Positions 41,430 to 50,155 of a stretch of DNA of 64,000 nucleotides are shown here, in pieces (positions within the stretch are counted from its first letter, which is position 1; the number at the start of each line of letters is the position of its first letter). Location: positions 84,537 through 148,536 of the forward strand of contig NKIM01000006.1 of NCBI GenBank assembly GCA_002255955.1, written 5' to 3'. Made by a program: the position numbers and the translations under genes. The notes beneath the pieces were generated by a model that worked only from the letters and a program-made list of their open reading frames with translations, was not told where the DNA came from and did no database searches. The DNA is from Burkholderiales bacterium PBB2. Lineage in GTDB: Bacteria > Pseudomonadota > Gammaproteobacteria > Burkholderiales > Burkholderiaceae_C.

Positions 41430-42290
41430 ATGATGCCTCTGGACTGCCGCGCCCGTGCCCTGCACGTTCTCTGCCTGATCTCCCCCGCCGACAAGGCCGA
41501 TGCGGCTCAGGCCCTCTACCTGGAGGCCCAGAACGGGCTTGCCCTCGACACCGAAGCCCAACTGCAGCGCCCCGAGGGCGTGCCGGGCCGACCGGAGCGG
41601 CCGCGTTTGCTGTCCGCCCTGCAAGTGCCGAACCGCTCGCCCTTCACGCGGGAAGGCCGGGCGGCGCTGATCCACGCCATCGCCCATATCGAGTTCAACG
41701 CCATCAATCTGGCCCTGGATGCGGTCTGGCGCTTTGCCGGCATGCCGCGTGAGTTCTACCTCGACTGGCTGCGTGTGGCCGCCGAGGAGGCGCAGCATTT
41801 CAGCCTGCTGCACGAGCATCTGCAAAGCCTGGGCCACCGCTACGGCGACTTCGACGCCCACGACGGCCTCTGGACCATGGCCGAGCGCACGGCCGAGGAC
41901 GTGCTGGCCCGAATGGCCCTGGTGCCGCGCACCCTGGAGGCGCGCGGCCTGGATGCCACGCCGCCGCTGCAGGCCAAGCTGGCCCGCGCCGGTGACGCAC
42001 GGGCGGTGGCCATTCTGGACATCATCCTGCGCGAGGAGATTGGCCATGTGGAGATCGGCAACCGCTGGTACCGCCACTGCTGCCGTTTGCGTGGCCTGGA
42101 CCCCGTGGCGATTTATCCTGGCCTGGTGCAGCACTACCAGGCGCCGCGGCTGCGCCCGCCCTTCAACCTGAGCGCTCGCGGCGCTGCCGGCTTCAGCGAA
42201 GAAGAATTGGCCTACCTTCAGGCGGATTTCTCGAATGATCGAAGGGGCGCGCCCGACGCCGCTCAGGCGGTCGACGGGCCGGCCAGCTAA
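41430..42290 (+). CDS. DUF455 ferritin-like protein
   Basis: AHIEFNAINLALDAV.RF...EEA.HF.LL...YGDF.AH.GLW...RMALVPRTLEARGLD...EE.GHV is recognised as the DUF455 pattern. Confidence 0.72.
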   Translation: MMPLDCRARALHVLCLISPADKADAAQALYLEAQNGLALDTEAQLQRPEGVPGRPERPRLLSALQVPNRSPFTREGRAALIHAIAHIEFNAINLALDAVWRFAGMPREFYLDWLRVAAEEAQHFSLLHEHLQSLGHRYGDFDAHDGLWTMAERTAEDVLARMALVPRTLEARGLDATPPLQAKLARAGDARAVAILDIILREEIGHVEIGNRWYRHCCRLRGLDPVAIYPGLVQHYQAPRLRPPFNLSARGAAGFSEEELAYLQADFSNDRRGAPDAAQAVDGPAS

Positions 42291-42300
42291 ACTGCTACCT

Positions 42301-42699
42301 GTGACCCTGTTCTCCACCTTCATCCTTCGCCGCGCACGCGGGTTCCAGCTCGGGCTGGCGCTCTGCCTGGCCCTGGGCCTGCTCGTGATGGGCAGCGCAC
42401 AGGCGAAAGCTTGGATGCAGACCGAGGCTCAGGAATCCGCGACCGCTTGCGCAACGGACTTGAGCGCCGCAGGTGGTTTCACATCCTGGCTCGATGTCAC
42501 AGCAGAACCAGCGGTCGACACCCCGGTGACCAGCGCCGAGGTCGGCGACGGGCTGGAAGCGCCCGAGCTGGGCCTGCCGCCTTCGGGCTTGCAGCTCAGT
42601 GCCACAAGCCTGTCGCCGCCGGGCGCCAAGGTGCCGCGCCTGCTGAGCGCTCCCTGGCTCGAAGGCCTGCAGCGGCCGCCACGCCCGCGCGGGGGCTGA
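42301..42699 (+). CDS. Small secreted hypothetical protein
   Basis: GTG start gives MTLFSTFILRRARGFQLGLALCLALGLLVMGSAQA, a signal-peptide-like N-terminus. GC3-rich frame. The antisense ORF 42295..42759 looks like a shadow. Confidence 0.5.
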   Translation: MTLFSTFILRRARGFQLGLALCLALGLLVMGSAQAKAWMQTEAQESATACATDLSAAGGFTSWLDVTAEPAVDTPVTSAEVGDGLEAPELGLPPSGLQLSATSLSPPGAKVPRLLSAPWLEGLQRPPRPRGG

Positions 42700-42863
42700 T
42701 CGCCCGCAGCTGCCGCGCTCGCCCATGGCCTGAATGGCCCCACTTGCGAGCGGTTCCATTCGGCACCGTCCTTCCTCCCCGCTCTTCTCCTCTTCTGCCG
42801 CTGGCAGCTCGCAGCCTCTGTGCTGCCGCCCGTCTCACTGACTCGGCCCTTTTTTTCGCCCGC

Positions 42864-43625
42864 ATGGACTTTCTTTTCGACCCCAATCTCTGGCTCGCCT
42901 TTGCGATGCTGACCGCCCTGGAAATCGTCCTGGGCATCGACAACATCATCTTCATCTCCATTCTGGTCGGCCGCCTGCCGCCGGAGCAGCGCGATCAGGC
43001 GCGGCGCCTGGGCCTGGGTTTTGCGATGGTGTCGCGCCTGCTGCTGTTGTTCTCGCTGAGCTGGGTCATGGGCCTGACGGCCGATCTCTTCCATGTCTTC
43101 GGCCAAGGCATCAGCGGCCGCGATCTGGTCTTGCTGCTGGGCGGCCTGTTCCTGCTGTACAAGGCCTCGCACGAGATCTTTGTCGAAGTGGAAGCCCATG
43201 AGCAGGACGGCCCGCCGACGGCTGATGCCGCCGCGCTGAAAGCCGCCGGGCGCAAGCTGTTCTGGATGGTGATCGGCCAGATCGCCGTGGTCGACATCGT
43301 GTTCTCGCTCGATTCGGTGATCACCGCGGTCGGCATGGTGGACCGCATCGGCGTGATGGTGGCGGCCGTGGTGACCTCGGTCGGCGTGATGCTGATCGCG
43401 GCCAAGCCGATCGGCGAGTTTGTGGACCGCCATCCTTCGGTCAAGGTGCTGGCCCTGGCCTTCCTGGTGATGGTGGGCATGGCGCTGACGGCCGAAGCCT
43501 TCGACCAACATGTGCCCAAGGGCTACCTCTACGCCGCGATGTGCTTCTCGCTGGCGGTCGAGGCCCTCAACATCCGCGCCCGCGGCAAGCGCTTGGCCGC
43601 TGCGGCGGCCAGCGACAAGGGCTGA
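42864..43625 (+). CDS. TerC family integral membrane protein
   Basis: MDFLFDPNLWLAFAMLTALEIVLGIDNIIFISIL.... A second DS.I.A motif (FSLDSVITAVG). Confidence 0.88.
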   Translation: MDFLFDPNLWLAFAMLTALEIVLGIDNIIFISILVGRLPPEQRDQARRLGLGFAMVSRLLLLFSLSWVMGLTADLFHVFGQGISGRDLVLLLGGLFLLYKASHEIFVEVEAHEQDGPPTADAAALKAAGRKLFWMVIGQIAVVDIVFSLDSVITAVGMVDRIGVMVAAVVTSVGVMLIAAKPIGEFVDRHPSVKVLALAFLVMVGMALTAEAFDQHVPKGYLYAAMCFSLAVEALNIRARGKRLAAAAASDKG

Positions 43626-43730
43626 GGCCGGAACTCGCTCGCCCGAGATCTAGGTCGAACAAATTCACAACCCAGTCTTCCCTTCTTCTTTCAACCCATT
43701 CATTCACTCACTCTCACAGGAGTTGCTGTC

Positions 43731-44435
43731 ATGAACCCGAACTTTGGATCTTTCTCTGCCGTCTCCACCGGCCTCAACGAGGGCGCGCTGCGCCGCGAAC
43801 GCAACCGCGTGCTGCGCAATACCTACTGGCTGCTGGCCCTGTCCATGGTGCCGACGGTGCTGGGCGCCTGGCTGGGCGTGGCCACCGGCCTGTCCAAGGC
43901 CATGTCGCCCATGGTCGGCCTGATCGTCTTCATGGCCGGCGCGTTCGGCTTCATGTTCGCCATCGAGAAGACCAAGAACTCGGCCGCTGGCGTGCCGGTG
44001 CTGCTGGGCTTCACCTTCTTCATGGGCCTGATGCTGTCGCGCCTGGTGGGCGCGGTGCTGGGCCTGGGCAATGGCGCCGAGCTGATCATGACGGCCTTCG
44101 CGGGCACGGGTGCCATCTTCCTGGGCATGGCCTCGCTGTCCACGGTGATCAAGCGTGACCTGAGCAGCATGGGCAAATTCCTCTTCATCGGCATGATCCT
44201 CATGCTGGTGGCAGGCATTGCCAATATCTTCCTGCAGTCCAGCGCCCTGATGATCACGCTGTCGGTGCTGGCGATTGGCATCTTCTCGGCCTTCATCCTG
44301 TACGACCTCAAGCGCGTGCAAGACGGCGAAGAAACCAACTACATCACCGCCACGCTGAGCGTGTACCTGAGCCTGTACAACGTGTTCCAGTCGCTGCTGT
44401 CGCTGCTGGGCATTTTTGGTGGCCGTGAGGAATGA
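43731..44435 (+). CDS. BAX inhibitor-1 / YccA family membrane protein
   Basis: NTYWLLALSM..., seven TM segments, and C-terminal ...YLSLYNVFQSLL. AGGAG RBS. Confidence 0.9.
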   Translation: MNPNFGSFSAVSTGLNEGALRRERNRVLRNTYWLLALSMVPTVLGAWLGVATGLSKAMSPMVGLIVFMAGAFGFMFAIEKTKNSAAGVPVLLGFTFFMGLMLSRLVGAVLGLGNGAELIMTAFAGTGAIFLGMASLSTVIKRDLSSMGKFLFIGMILMLVAGIANIFLQSSALMITLSVLAIGIFSAFILYDLKRVQDGEETNYITATLSVYLSLYNVFQSLLSLLGIFGGREE

Positions 44436-44460
44436 TGAAGATGGCTGAATGAGCTGAGCG

Positions 44461-44493
44461 GAGTGACTTTCGGCCATGCGCCGAAAGTCACTC
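44461..44493. repeat. Perfect 14-bp-stem palindromic hairpin (GAGTGACTTTCGGC-catgc-GCCGAAAGTCACTC)
   Basis: Read directly from the sequence. No U-tract. Lies between the yccA stop and the true terminator. Confidence 0.9.
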
Positions 44494-44530
44494 TGACCCC
44501 AGTTTGGGCTTGAGCTCAGCTCTGGCTTGG

Positions 44531-44565
44531 AGCGGCGCCGCGATAATCGGCGCCGCTTCTTTTTG
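44531..44565 (+). terminator. Rho-independent terminator after the yccA-like gene
   Basis: AGCGGCGCCG-cgataat-CGGCGCCGCT followed by TCTTTTT. Confidence 0.8.
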
Positions 44566-44631
44566 GCCTCCGCGCTTTGTAAAGCGCATCGGCCTGCACA
44601 ACACCACTCCTCGAACTGAAAGCCTGATCTC

Positions 44632-45546
44632 TTGAGCCGCATCCAAGCCAATCTCCTGCTGACCCTCATCGCCCTGATCTGGGGTTCGGCCTTTGTGGCG
44701 CAAAGCCACGGCATGCAGGAGCTGGGGCCGATGATGTTCACCGGCCTGCGCTTTCTGGTCGGCGCCCTGGTGGTGCTGCCGCTGGCCTGGCGCGAGTGGA
44801 ACTACCTGGCCGGGCGGCAGCTGGCGCTGAACCGCGATGACGGCCTGAAGATCCTGGGCCTGGGCGTGCTGCTGAGCTTGGGTGCAGCCATGCAGCAGAT
44901 TGGCATCAAGTACACCACGGTGACCAATGCCGGCTTTTTGACCGCGCTCTACGTGCCCCTGGTGCCGGTGCTGGGCTGGTTGCTGCTGCGCCAGCTGCCG
45001 CATTGGTCGGTCTGGCCCGGCGCGCTGGCCTGCCTGGTCGGCGCTTTTCTGCTCTCGGGTGCAAAAAGCCTGGAGATTGGCCTTGGCGACAGCTGGGTGA
45101 TCGCCTCGGCCCTGCCCTGGGGCCTGCATGTGCTGCTGATCGGCCGCGTGGCGGACCGCATGGCAGCGCCCTTTCTCGTGGCCTGCGGCCAGTTTTTCGT
45201 CTGCGGCCTGCTCGCTTTGATCTGGGGGCTGCTGTTCGAGCCGTTCAGCGGCGCCGGCATCCAGGCCGCTGCCACACCGATTCTGTACACCGGCATTCTG
45301 TCGGTCGGCGTGGCCTTCACCGCCCAGGTGGTGGCGCAGCGCTATGCCCACGCGGCCGACGCCGCCATCGTGCTGTCCTCGGAGACCTTGTTTGCCGCGC
45401 TGTTTGGCTACTGGCTGATGGGGGACCGCCTGGCCCCGGCGGGCCTCGCCGGCTGCGCCTTGATCCTGGGCAGCCTGCTGGTGGTGCAGTTGCTGCCTCT
45501 GCTCCAGCCGGCCAAGACTTCAAGTGAAGTTTTACCAATTAAGTAG
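44632..45546 (+). CDS. DMT superfamily (EamA-type) transporter
   Basis: TTG start. Ten hydrophobic segments, with two EamA-like halves (LIWGSAFVA...). Confidence 0.85.
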   Translation: MSRIQANLLLTLIALIWGSAFVAQSHGMQELGPMMFTGLRFLVGALVVLPLAWREWNYLAGRQLALNRDDGLKILGLGVLLSLGAAMQQIGIKYTTVTNAGFLTALYVPLVPVLGWLLLRQLPHWSVWPGALACLVGAFLLSGAKSLEIGLGDSWVIASALPWGLHVLLIGRVADRMAAPFLVACGQFFVCGLLALIWGLLFEPFSGAGIQAAATPILYTGILSVGVAFTAQVVAQRYAHAADAAIVLSSETLFAALFGYWLMGDRLAPAGLAGCALILGSLLVVQLLPLLQPAKTSSEVLPIK

Positions 45547-45575
45547 AAACCCTGATTTTTGTCATAGGGTTTTCA
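45547..45575 (+). terminator. Weak hairpin/terminator after the eamA-like gene
   Basis: AAACCCT-gatttttgtcat-AGGGTTTT, in a locally AT-rich stretch. Confidence 0.35.
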
Positions 45576-45642
45576 CGGATGTTACTGATAATTGTGCTCG
45601 AAGTCACCCACAGGGGTGTCGCTACAGAGACAAAACATCATC

Positions 45643-45831
45643 ATGACTGCAACTCCCGCCTTCCTCGCTCAATCGCAACAGTACCTGCTGAACGCTGAGC
45701 AAGATCAACCCTCGCTGGCCGGCACCTTCCGCTTCGGCAAGCAAGTGAACCTGGTCGCCGAGACCCTGGGCCTGGCCGCCACCCTGAGCTGCTTTGGCCT
45801 GACCGCCCTGATGATGGGCCTGGCCATGTAA
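45643..45831 (+). CDS. Hypothetical 62-aa tail-anchored small membrane protein
   Basis: MTATPAFLAQSQQYLLNAEQDQPSLAGTFRFGKQVNLVAETLGLAATLSCFGLTALMMGLAM. GC3-rich codons but a weak RBS. Confidence 0.4.
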   Translation: MTATPAFLAQSQQYLLNAEQDQPSLAGTFRFGKQVNLVAETLGLAATLSCFGLTALMMGLAM

Positions 45832-45903
45832 GACCGGCGGAATCGCTGCCGCGATCCGCCGCACAGCCCGGAAACCACTCGGCCCGGGCTCAAAAGTCAG
45901 GGT

Positions 45904-46374
45904 TCAAAGCTCAAACGCCGTGGTCTTCTTGACCGTGCGCAGCACCAGCATTGAGTTGCTGCGCGCCACACCGGGCAGATGCATCAGCACATCGCTGTGC
46001 AGGCGCTCCAGGTCTTCCGCATCTTTGTAGGCAAAGCGCATCAGGTAGTCGTTGGTGCCCGCCACATAGAAGCAGTCCAGGATCTCCGGGATGTCCCGCA
46101 CCGCCTGCTCGAAAGCGCCCAGCGCCTGCGGCGTCATCCGCTCCAAATTGATGATGGTGAAGCTGGTGCCCGGTTGGCCGATGGCCTTGGGGTTCAGCAA
46201 GGCCACATAGCCGGCGATCACGCCGGCATCTTCCAGCTGCTTGACCCGCCGCAGACAGGCCGAGGGCGAGAGATGGACCTGCTTGGCCAGCTCCACATTG
46301 CTGATGCGGCCGTCGCGCTGCAGCGCCGCCAGAATGCTGCGGTCAATCGCATCCAAAGTCACTTCTGAACTCAT
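45904..46374 (-). CDS. Lrp/AsnC family transcriptional regulator
   Basis: Trimmed to MSSEVTLDAIDRSILAALQRDGRISNVELAKQVHLSPSACLRRVKQLE..., an HTH plus RAM domain. Confidence 0.9.
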   Translation of the reverse strand: MSSEVTLDAIDRSILAALQRDGRISNVELAKQVHLSPSACLRRVKQLEDAGVIAGYVALLNPKAIGQPGTSFTIINLERMTPQALGAFEQAVRDIPEILDCFYVAGTNDYLMRFAYKDAEDLERLHSDVLMHLPGVARSNSMLVLRTVKKTTAFEL

Positions 46375-46383
46375 ATTTCGAAT

Positions 46384-46417
46384 TTTGTGCGAATCGTTCA
46401 CTGAATGATGGCACAAA
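46384..46417. promoter_or_regulatory. Inverted repeat TTTGTGC-N20-GCACAAA in the lrp/transaminase divergent promoter region
   Basis: Read directly from the sequence. AT-rich spacer. Plausible Lrp-type operator. Confidence 0.3.
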
Positions 46418-46517
46418 CGTGCAGAACCTCGGGTAAGCACCGGGGCGAATGCGCTCGCACATTGCGCGCAAGGCTCTCTAGACTGACCCTCAGTTGTTGA
46501 CTTGAGGAGAGCCCGTC

Positions 46518-47873
46518 ATGAGCCAGAACATCGCACCCGATTCGGCCCCCAGCACCACCGCCAGTGCGGACCCGAAGCGGGACGCCTACTGGATGCCGTT
46601 CACCGCCAACCGGCAGTTCAAGAAGTCGCCGCGCCTGCTGACGCGCGCGGACGGCATGTACTTCACCGATGACAAAGGCCGCCAGGTGCTGGACGGCATT
46701 GCCGGGCTTTGGTGCGTCAACGCCGGCCACAACCGGCCGCGCATCGTCGAGGCCATCCAGAAGCAGGCGGCCGAGCTCGATTTCGCGCCGCCCTTCCAGA
46801 TGGCCCACCCCAAGGCCTTCGAGCTGGCCGAGCGTCTGGTCGAGCTGACGCCGGCCGGCCTGAACAAGGCCTTTTTCACCAACTCGGGTTCCGAGTCGGT
46901 GGAGACCGCGCTGAAGATGGCCCTGGCCTATCACCGCGTGCGCGGTGAAGGCTCGCGCACGCGCTTGATCGGCCGCGAACGCGGCTACCACGGCGTGAAC
47001 TTCGGCGGCATCTCGGTCGGCGGCATGGTGGCCAACCGCAAGATGTTCGGCACCCTGCTCAGCGGCGTGGACCATCTGCGCCACACCCACGACCCGGCGC
47101 GCAATGCCTACGCCATGGGCCAGCCCTTGCACGGCGCCGAGCTGGCGGACGATCTCGAGCGCATGGTCGCCCTGCATGACGCCAGCACCATTGCCGCCGT
47201 CATCGTCGAGCCGATTGCCGGCTCTACCGGCGTGCTGATCCCGCCCCAGGGCTATCTGCAGCGCCTGCGCGAGATTTGCGACAAGCACGGCATCCTGCTG
47301 ATTTTCGACGAGGTTATCACCGGCTTCGGCCGCACCGGCCAGCCCTTCGGCGCCCAGACCTTCGGCGTTACGCCCGATCTGATGACGGTGGCCAAGGGCC
47401 TGACCAATGGCGCCGTGCCCATGGGCGCGGTGTTCGCCAAGCAGTCCATCTACGACACCTTCATGCAGGGCCCCGAGCACCTGATCGAGTTCTTCCACGG
47501 CTACACCTACTCGGCCCACCCCCTGGCCTGCGCGGCGGCCCTGGGGACCTTGGACACCTACGCCGAGGACGGCCTGCTGACCCGCGCTGCAGACATGCAG
47601 ACCTACTTCGCCGAAGCCCTGCATTCGCTCAAGGGCGCGCCCCATGTGATCGACATCCGCAATCTGGGCCTGGTCGGTGGCGTCGAATTGGCGCCGCTGC
47701 CGGGCGAGCCGGCCAAGCGGGCGTTCTCGATCTTCCTCGATTGCTGGGAGCAAGGTGTCTTGATCCGCACCACCGGCGACACCATTGCCTTCAGCCCGCC
47801 GCTGATCATCGAGAAGCACCACATCGATCGCCTGATCGACACCGTGCGCGGCGCCTTGCAACGCGCCGCCTGA
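46518..47873 (+). CDS. Class III omega-amino acid:pyruvate aminotransferase (beta-alanine-pyruvate transaminase-like)
   Basis: WMPFTANRQFK..PRLL..A.GMY..D..GR..LD...GLWCVNAGH. PLP lysine context DLMTVAKGLTNG. Confidence 0.88.
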   Translation: MSQNIAPDSAPSTTASADPKRDAYWMPFTANRQFKKSPRLLTRADGMYFTDDKGRQVLDGIAGLWCVNAGHNRPRIVEAIQKQAAELDFAPPFQMAHPKAFELAERLVELTPAGLNKAFFTNSGSESVETALKMALAYHRVRGEGSRTRLIGRERGYHGVNFGGISVGGMVANRKMFGTLLSGVDHLRHTHDPARNAYAMGQPLHGAELADDLERMVALHDASTIAAVIVEPIAGSTGVLIPPQGYLQRLREICDKHGILLIFDEVITGFGRTGQPFGAQTFGVTPDLMTVAKGLTNGAVPMGAVFAKQSIYDTFMQGPEHLIEFFHGYTYSAHPLACAAALGTLDTYAEDGLLTRAADMQTYFAEALHSLKGAPHVIDIRNLGLVGGVELAPLPGEPAKRAFSIFLDCWEQGVLIRTTGDTIAFSPPLIIEKHHIDRLIDTVRGALQRAA

Positions 47874-47896
47874 ATCCGCAACCAGCCAACGCGCGC

Positions 47897-49240
47897 ATGC
47901 CTTTGCTGCAGATCGACCGCCAACTCGCGCGTGACAGCTACTACGCGGCCACCGCGCCGCAAGGCCCAGCCTTTGCGCCGCTGCAAGGCACGGCGCAGGC
48001 CGATGTGGCCATCGTCGGCGGTGGATTGGCGGGCCTGTCGGCCGCCCTGGAGCTGAGCGAGCGAGGCTTCAGCGTCGCGCTGATGGAAGCAGGCGAAATC
48101 GGCGGCGGTGCCTCTGGTCGCAACGGCGGCCAGGCCCTGGCCGGCCTGGCCTGCGATATGGCCGAGATCGAGCGCCAGCTGGGCCTCGCCGAGGCACGCA
48201 GCATCTGGGCCATGAGCCTGGAAGCCGTCGAGATGATCCGTCAGCGCAGCAAGCGCTACGGCATTGACTGCGAATGGCAGGACGGCTTTCTGAGCGTGGC
48301 CACCAGCAAGCGCAAAGCCGCTGACCTGCGGGCCTGGCAGCAGGGCATGGCCGAGGTCTATGGCTACGAGCAACGCTGGATTCCCAAGAACGAATTGGCC
48401 AACTGGATCGCCAGCCCGCGCTACCAGGCCGGCGTGCACGACCCGGCCTCGGGTCACTTGCATCCGCTGAAGTATTGCCGCGGCCTGGCTCAGCTGCTGA
48501 GCGAGCCCGCGCGCCGCCCAGGCACCGCCCCGGTGCAGCTGTTCGAACACAGCCCGGCCCTGGCACTGGAACAGGGCACAAGCGCTCAAGCGGGGCTCAC
48601 GCTGCGCAGCAGCCAGGGCCAGCTGCGGGCCCGCTTTGCGCTGCTGGCCGGCAATGTCTACCTGCCCGAACTGGCGCCCGAGCTTGCACCCCAGCTGACA
48701 CAGCGCATCATGCCGGTTGGCACCTACATCGGCTGCAGCGCGCCGATCGAAGCCGAGCGCCTGAACGCCCTGATCCCCTCGCGCAGCGCGGTGTGCGACA
48801 ACAATTTCGTGCTCGACTATTTCCGGCCCACGGCCGACCAGCGCCTGCTGTACGGCGGCCGGGTCAGCTACAGCACCCGCACGCCGCGCGATCTCAAGGC
48901 CAGCATGGCCGCGCGCATGCATGCCACCTTCCCGCAACTGGCCGACATTGGCATGGACTATGCATGGGGTGGCTTTGTGGACATCAGCATGAACCGCGCC
49001 CCCGATTTCGGCCGCCTGGGCGCCGCTCAGAATATCTATTACCTGCAGGGCTTCTCCGGCCATGGCCTGGCCCTGACGGGGCTGGCGGGCCAGCTGGTGG
49101 CCGAGGCGATCGCGGGCGACGCCAACCGCTTTGATTGTTTTGCTGCCTTGCGCCACCGGCCCTTCCCCGGTGGCACACTGATGCGCATGCCGGCCCTGGT
49201 GCTGGGCATGGCGTACTACCGACTGAAGGATCTGCTGTGA
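47897..49240 (+). CDS. FAD-dependent oxidoreductase (gamma-glutamylputrescine oxidase PuuB-like)
   Basis: Trimmed to MPLLQIDRQLARDSYYA...ADVAIVGGGLAGLSAALEL (GxGxxG). The upstream part of track ORF 47276.. is a shadow frame over the transaminase gene. Confidence 0.85.
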   Translation: MPLLQIDRQLARDSYYAATAPQGPAFAPLQGTAQADVAIVGGGLAGLSAALELSERGFSVALMEAGEIGGGASGRNGGQALAGLACDMAEIERQLGLAEARSIWAMSLEAVEMIRQRSKRYGIDCEWQDGFLSVATSKRKAADLRAWQQGMAEVYGYEQRWIPKNELANWIASPRYQAGVHDPASGHLHPLKYCRGLAQLLSEPARRPGTAPVQLFEHSPALALEQGTSAQAGLTLRSSQGQLRARFALLAGNVYLPELAPELAPQLTQRIMPVGTYIGCSAPIEAERLNALIPSRSAVCDNNFVLDYFRPTADQRLLYGGRVSYSTRTPRDLKASMAARMHATFPQLADIGMDYAWGGFVDISMNRAPDFGRLGAAQNIYYLQGFSGHGLALTGLAGQLVAEAIAGDANRFDCFAALRHRPFPGGTLMRMPALVLGMAYYRLKDLL

Positions 49241-50064
49241 CACAGGTCAAGAAGCCCCAAGCGGAAGCACCGCAATCAGCGCCACGCAAACCCGTGGTGC
49301 TGGTGCCCGCCTGCCAACGCATGGTGGGCGACTACCCCAACCACATCGCCGGCAAGAAGTACGTCGACGCGGTCCGTCTGGCCGGCTGCCTGCCCCTGAT
49401 CGTGCCGCCTCTGGAGCTGCAAGACCTCGATGCCTTGCTGGACCAGGCCGACGGTGTGCTGCTGACCGGCTCACCCTCGAATGTGCACCCCAGCCATTTC
49501 AACGAGGCGGTACACAACCCTGCCCTGCCCCTGGATCCGGACCGCGATGCCTGGACCCTGCCCCTGATCCCCAAGGCCTTGGCGCGCGGCATGCCCTTGT
49601 TCGCCATCTGCCGTGGCTTTCAGGAGGCCAATGTGGCACTGGGCGGCAGCTTGCACCAGGCCGTGCAGGAACAGCCCGGCTTGCACGACCACCGCGCCCC
49701 CGAGGGCCAGCCGCCCGAGATCGCCTATGCCGACCAGCACGAGATCGCCATCCAGCCCGGCGGCCGCCTGCAGTCCTTGCTGGGCCAGGCGCGCATCCGT
49801 GTGAACTCGCTGCACGGACAGGGCGTCAAGCGCCTGGCGCCGGGCTTGCGCATCGAGGCACTGGCGCCCGATGGCTTGATCGAAGCCTTCAGCATGGCCG
49901 AGGCCCCCGGCTTCTCGCTCTGTGTGCAGTGGCACCCCGAGTGGCAGGCCGCGCACAACCCGCATTCCATGGCTTTGCTGCAGGCCTTTGGCCAGGCCTG
50001 CCGCGATTACCGCGACCAGATCCACCAACCCCGACACGACTCACTGCGCGACCCCGAGACCTAG
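49236..50064 (+). CDS. Gamma-glutamyl-gamma-aminobutyrate hydrolase (PuuD-like class I amidotransferase, peptidase C26)
   Basis: GTG start overlapping the upstream stop. Catalytic AICRGFQ and WHPEW motifs. Confidence 0.85.
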
Positions 50065-50155
50065 GTCCCATCGGCTGAACTCCCAAGACCCCATGCCCCG
50101 GCACCCGGGCCGCAGCCGCGGCCGGCCGGGGGCTCAAGACCCACGGAGATTCAAG

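Noticed and set aside
42295-42759. 154-aa minus-strand ORF overlapping the small secreted-protein ORF.
   Set aside because: The translation is Arg/Gly/Cys/Gln-rich junk with no signal or domain. The plus-strand frame has the GC3 bias and a signal peptide.
42700-42863. Possible yybP-ykoY (Mn2+) riboswitch upstream of the TerC-family gene.
   Set aside because: The region is a pyrimidine-rich tract (ccttcctccccgctcttctcctcttc). I could not find the conserved four-way-junction sequence blocks. It would need an Rfam scan, but nothing supports it by eye.
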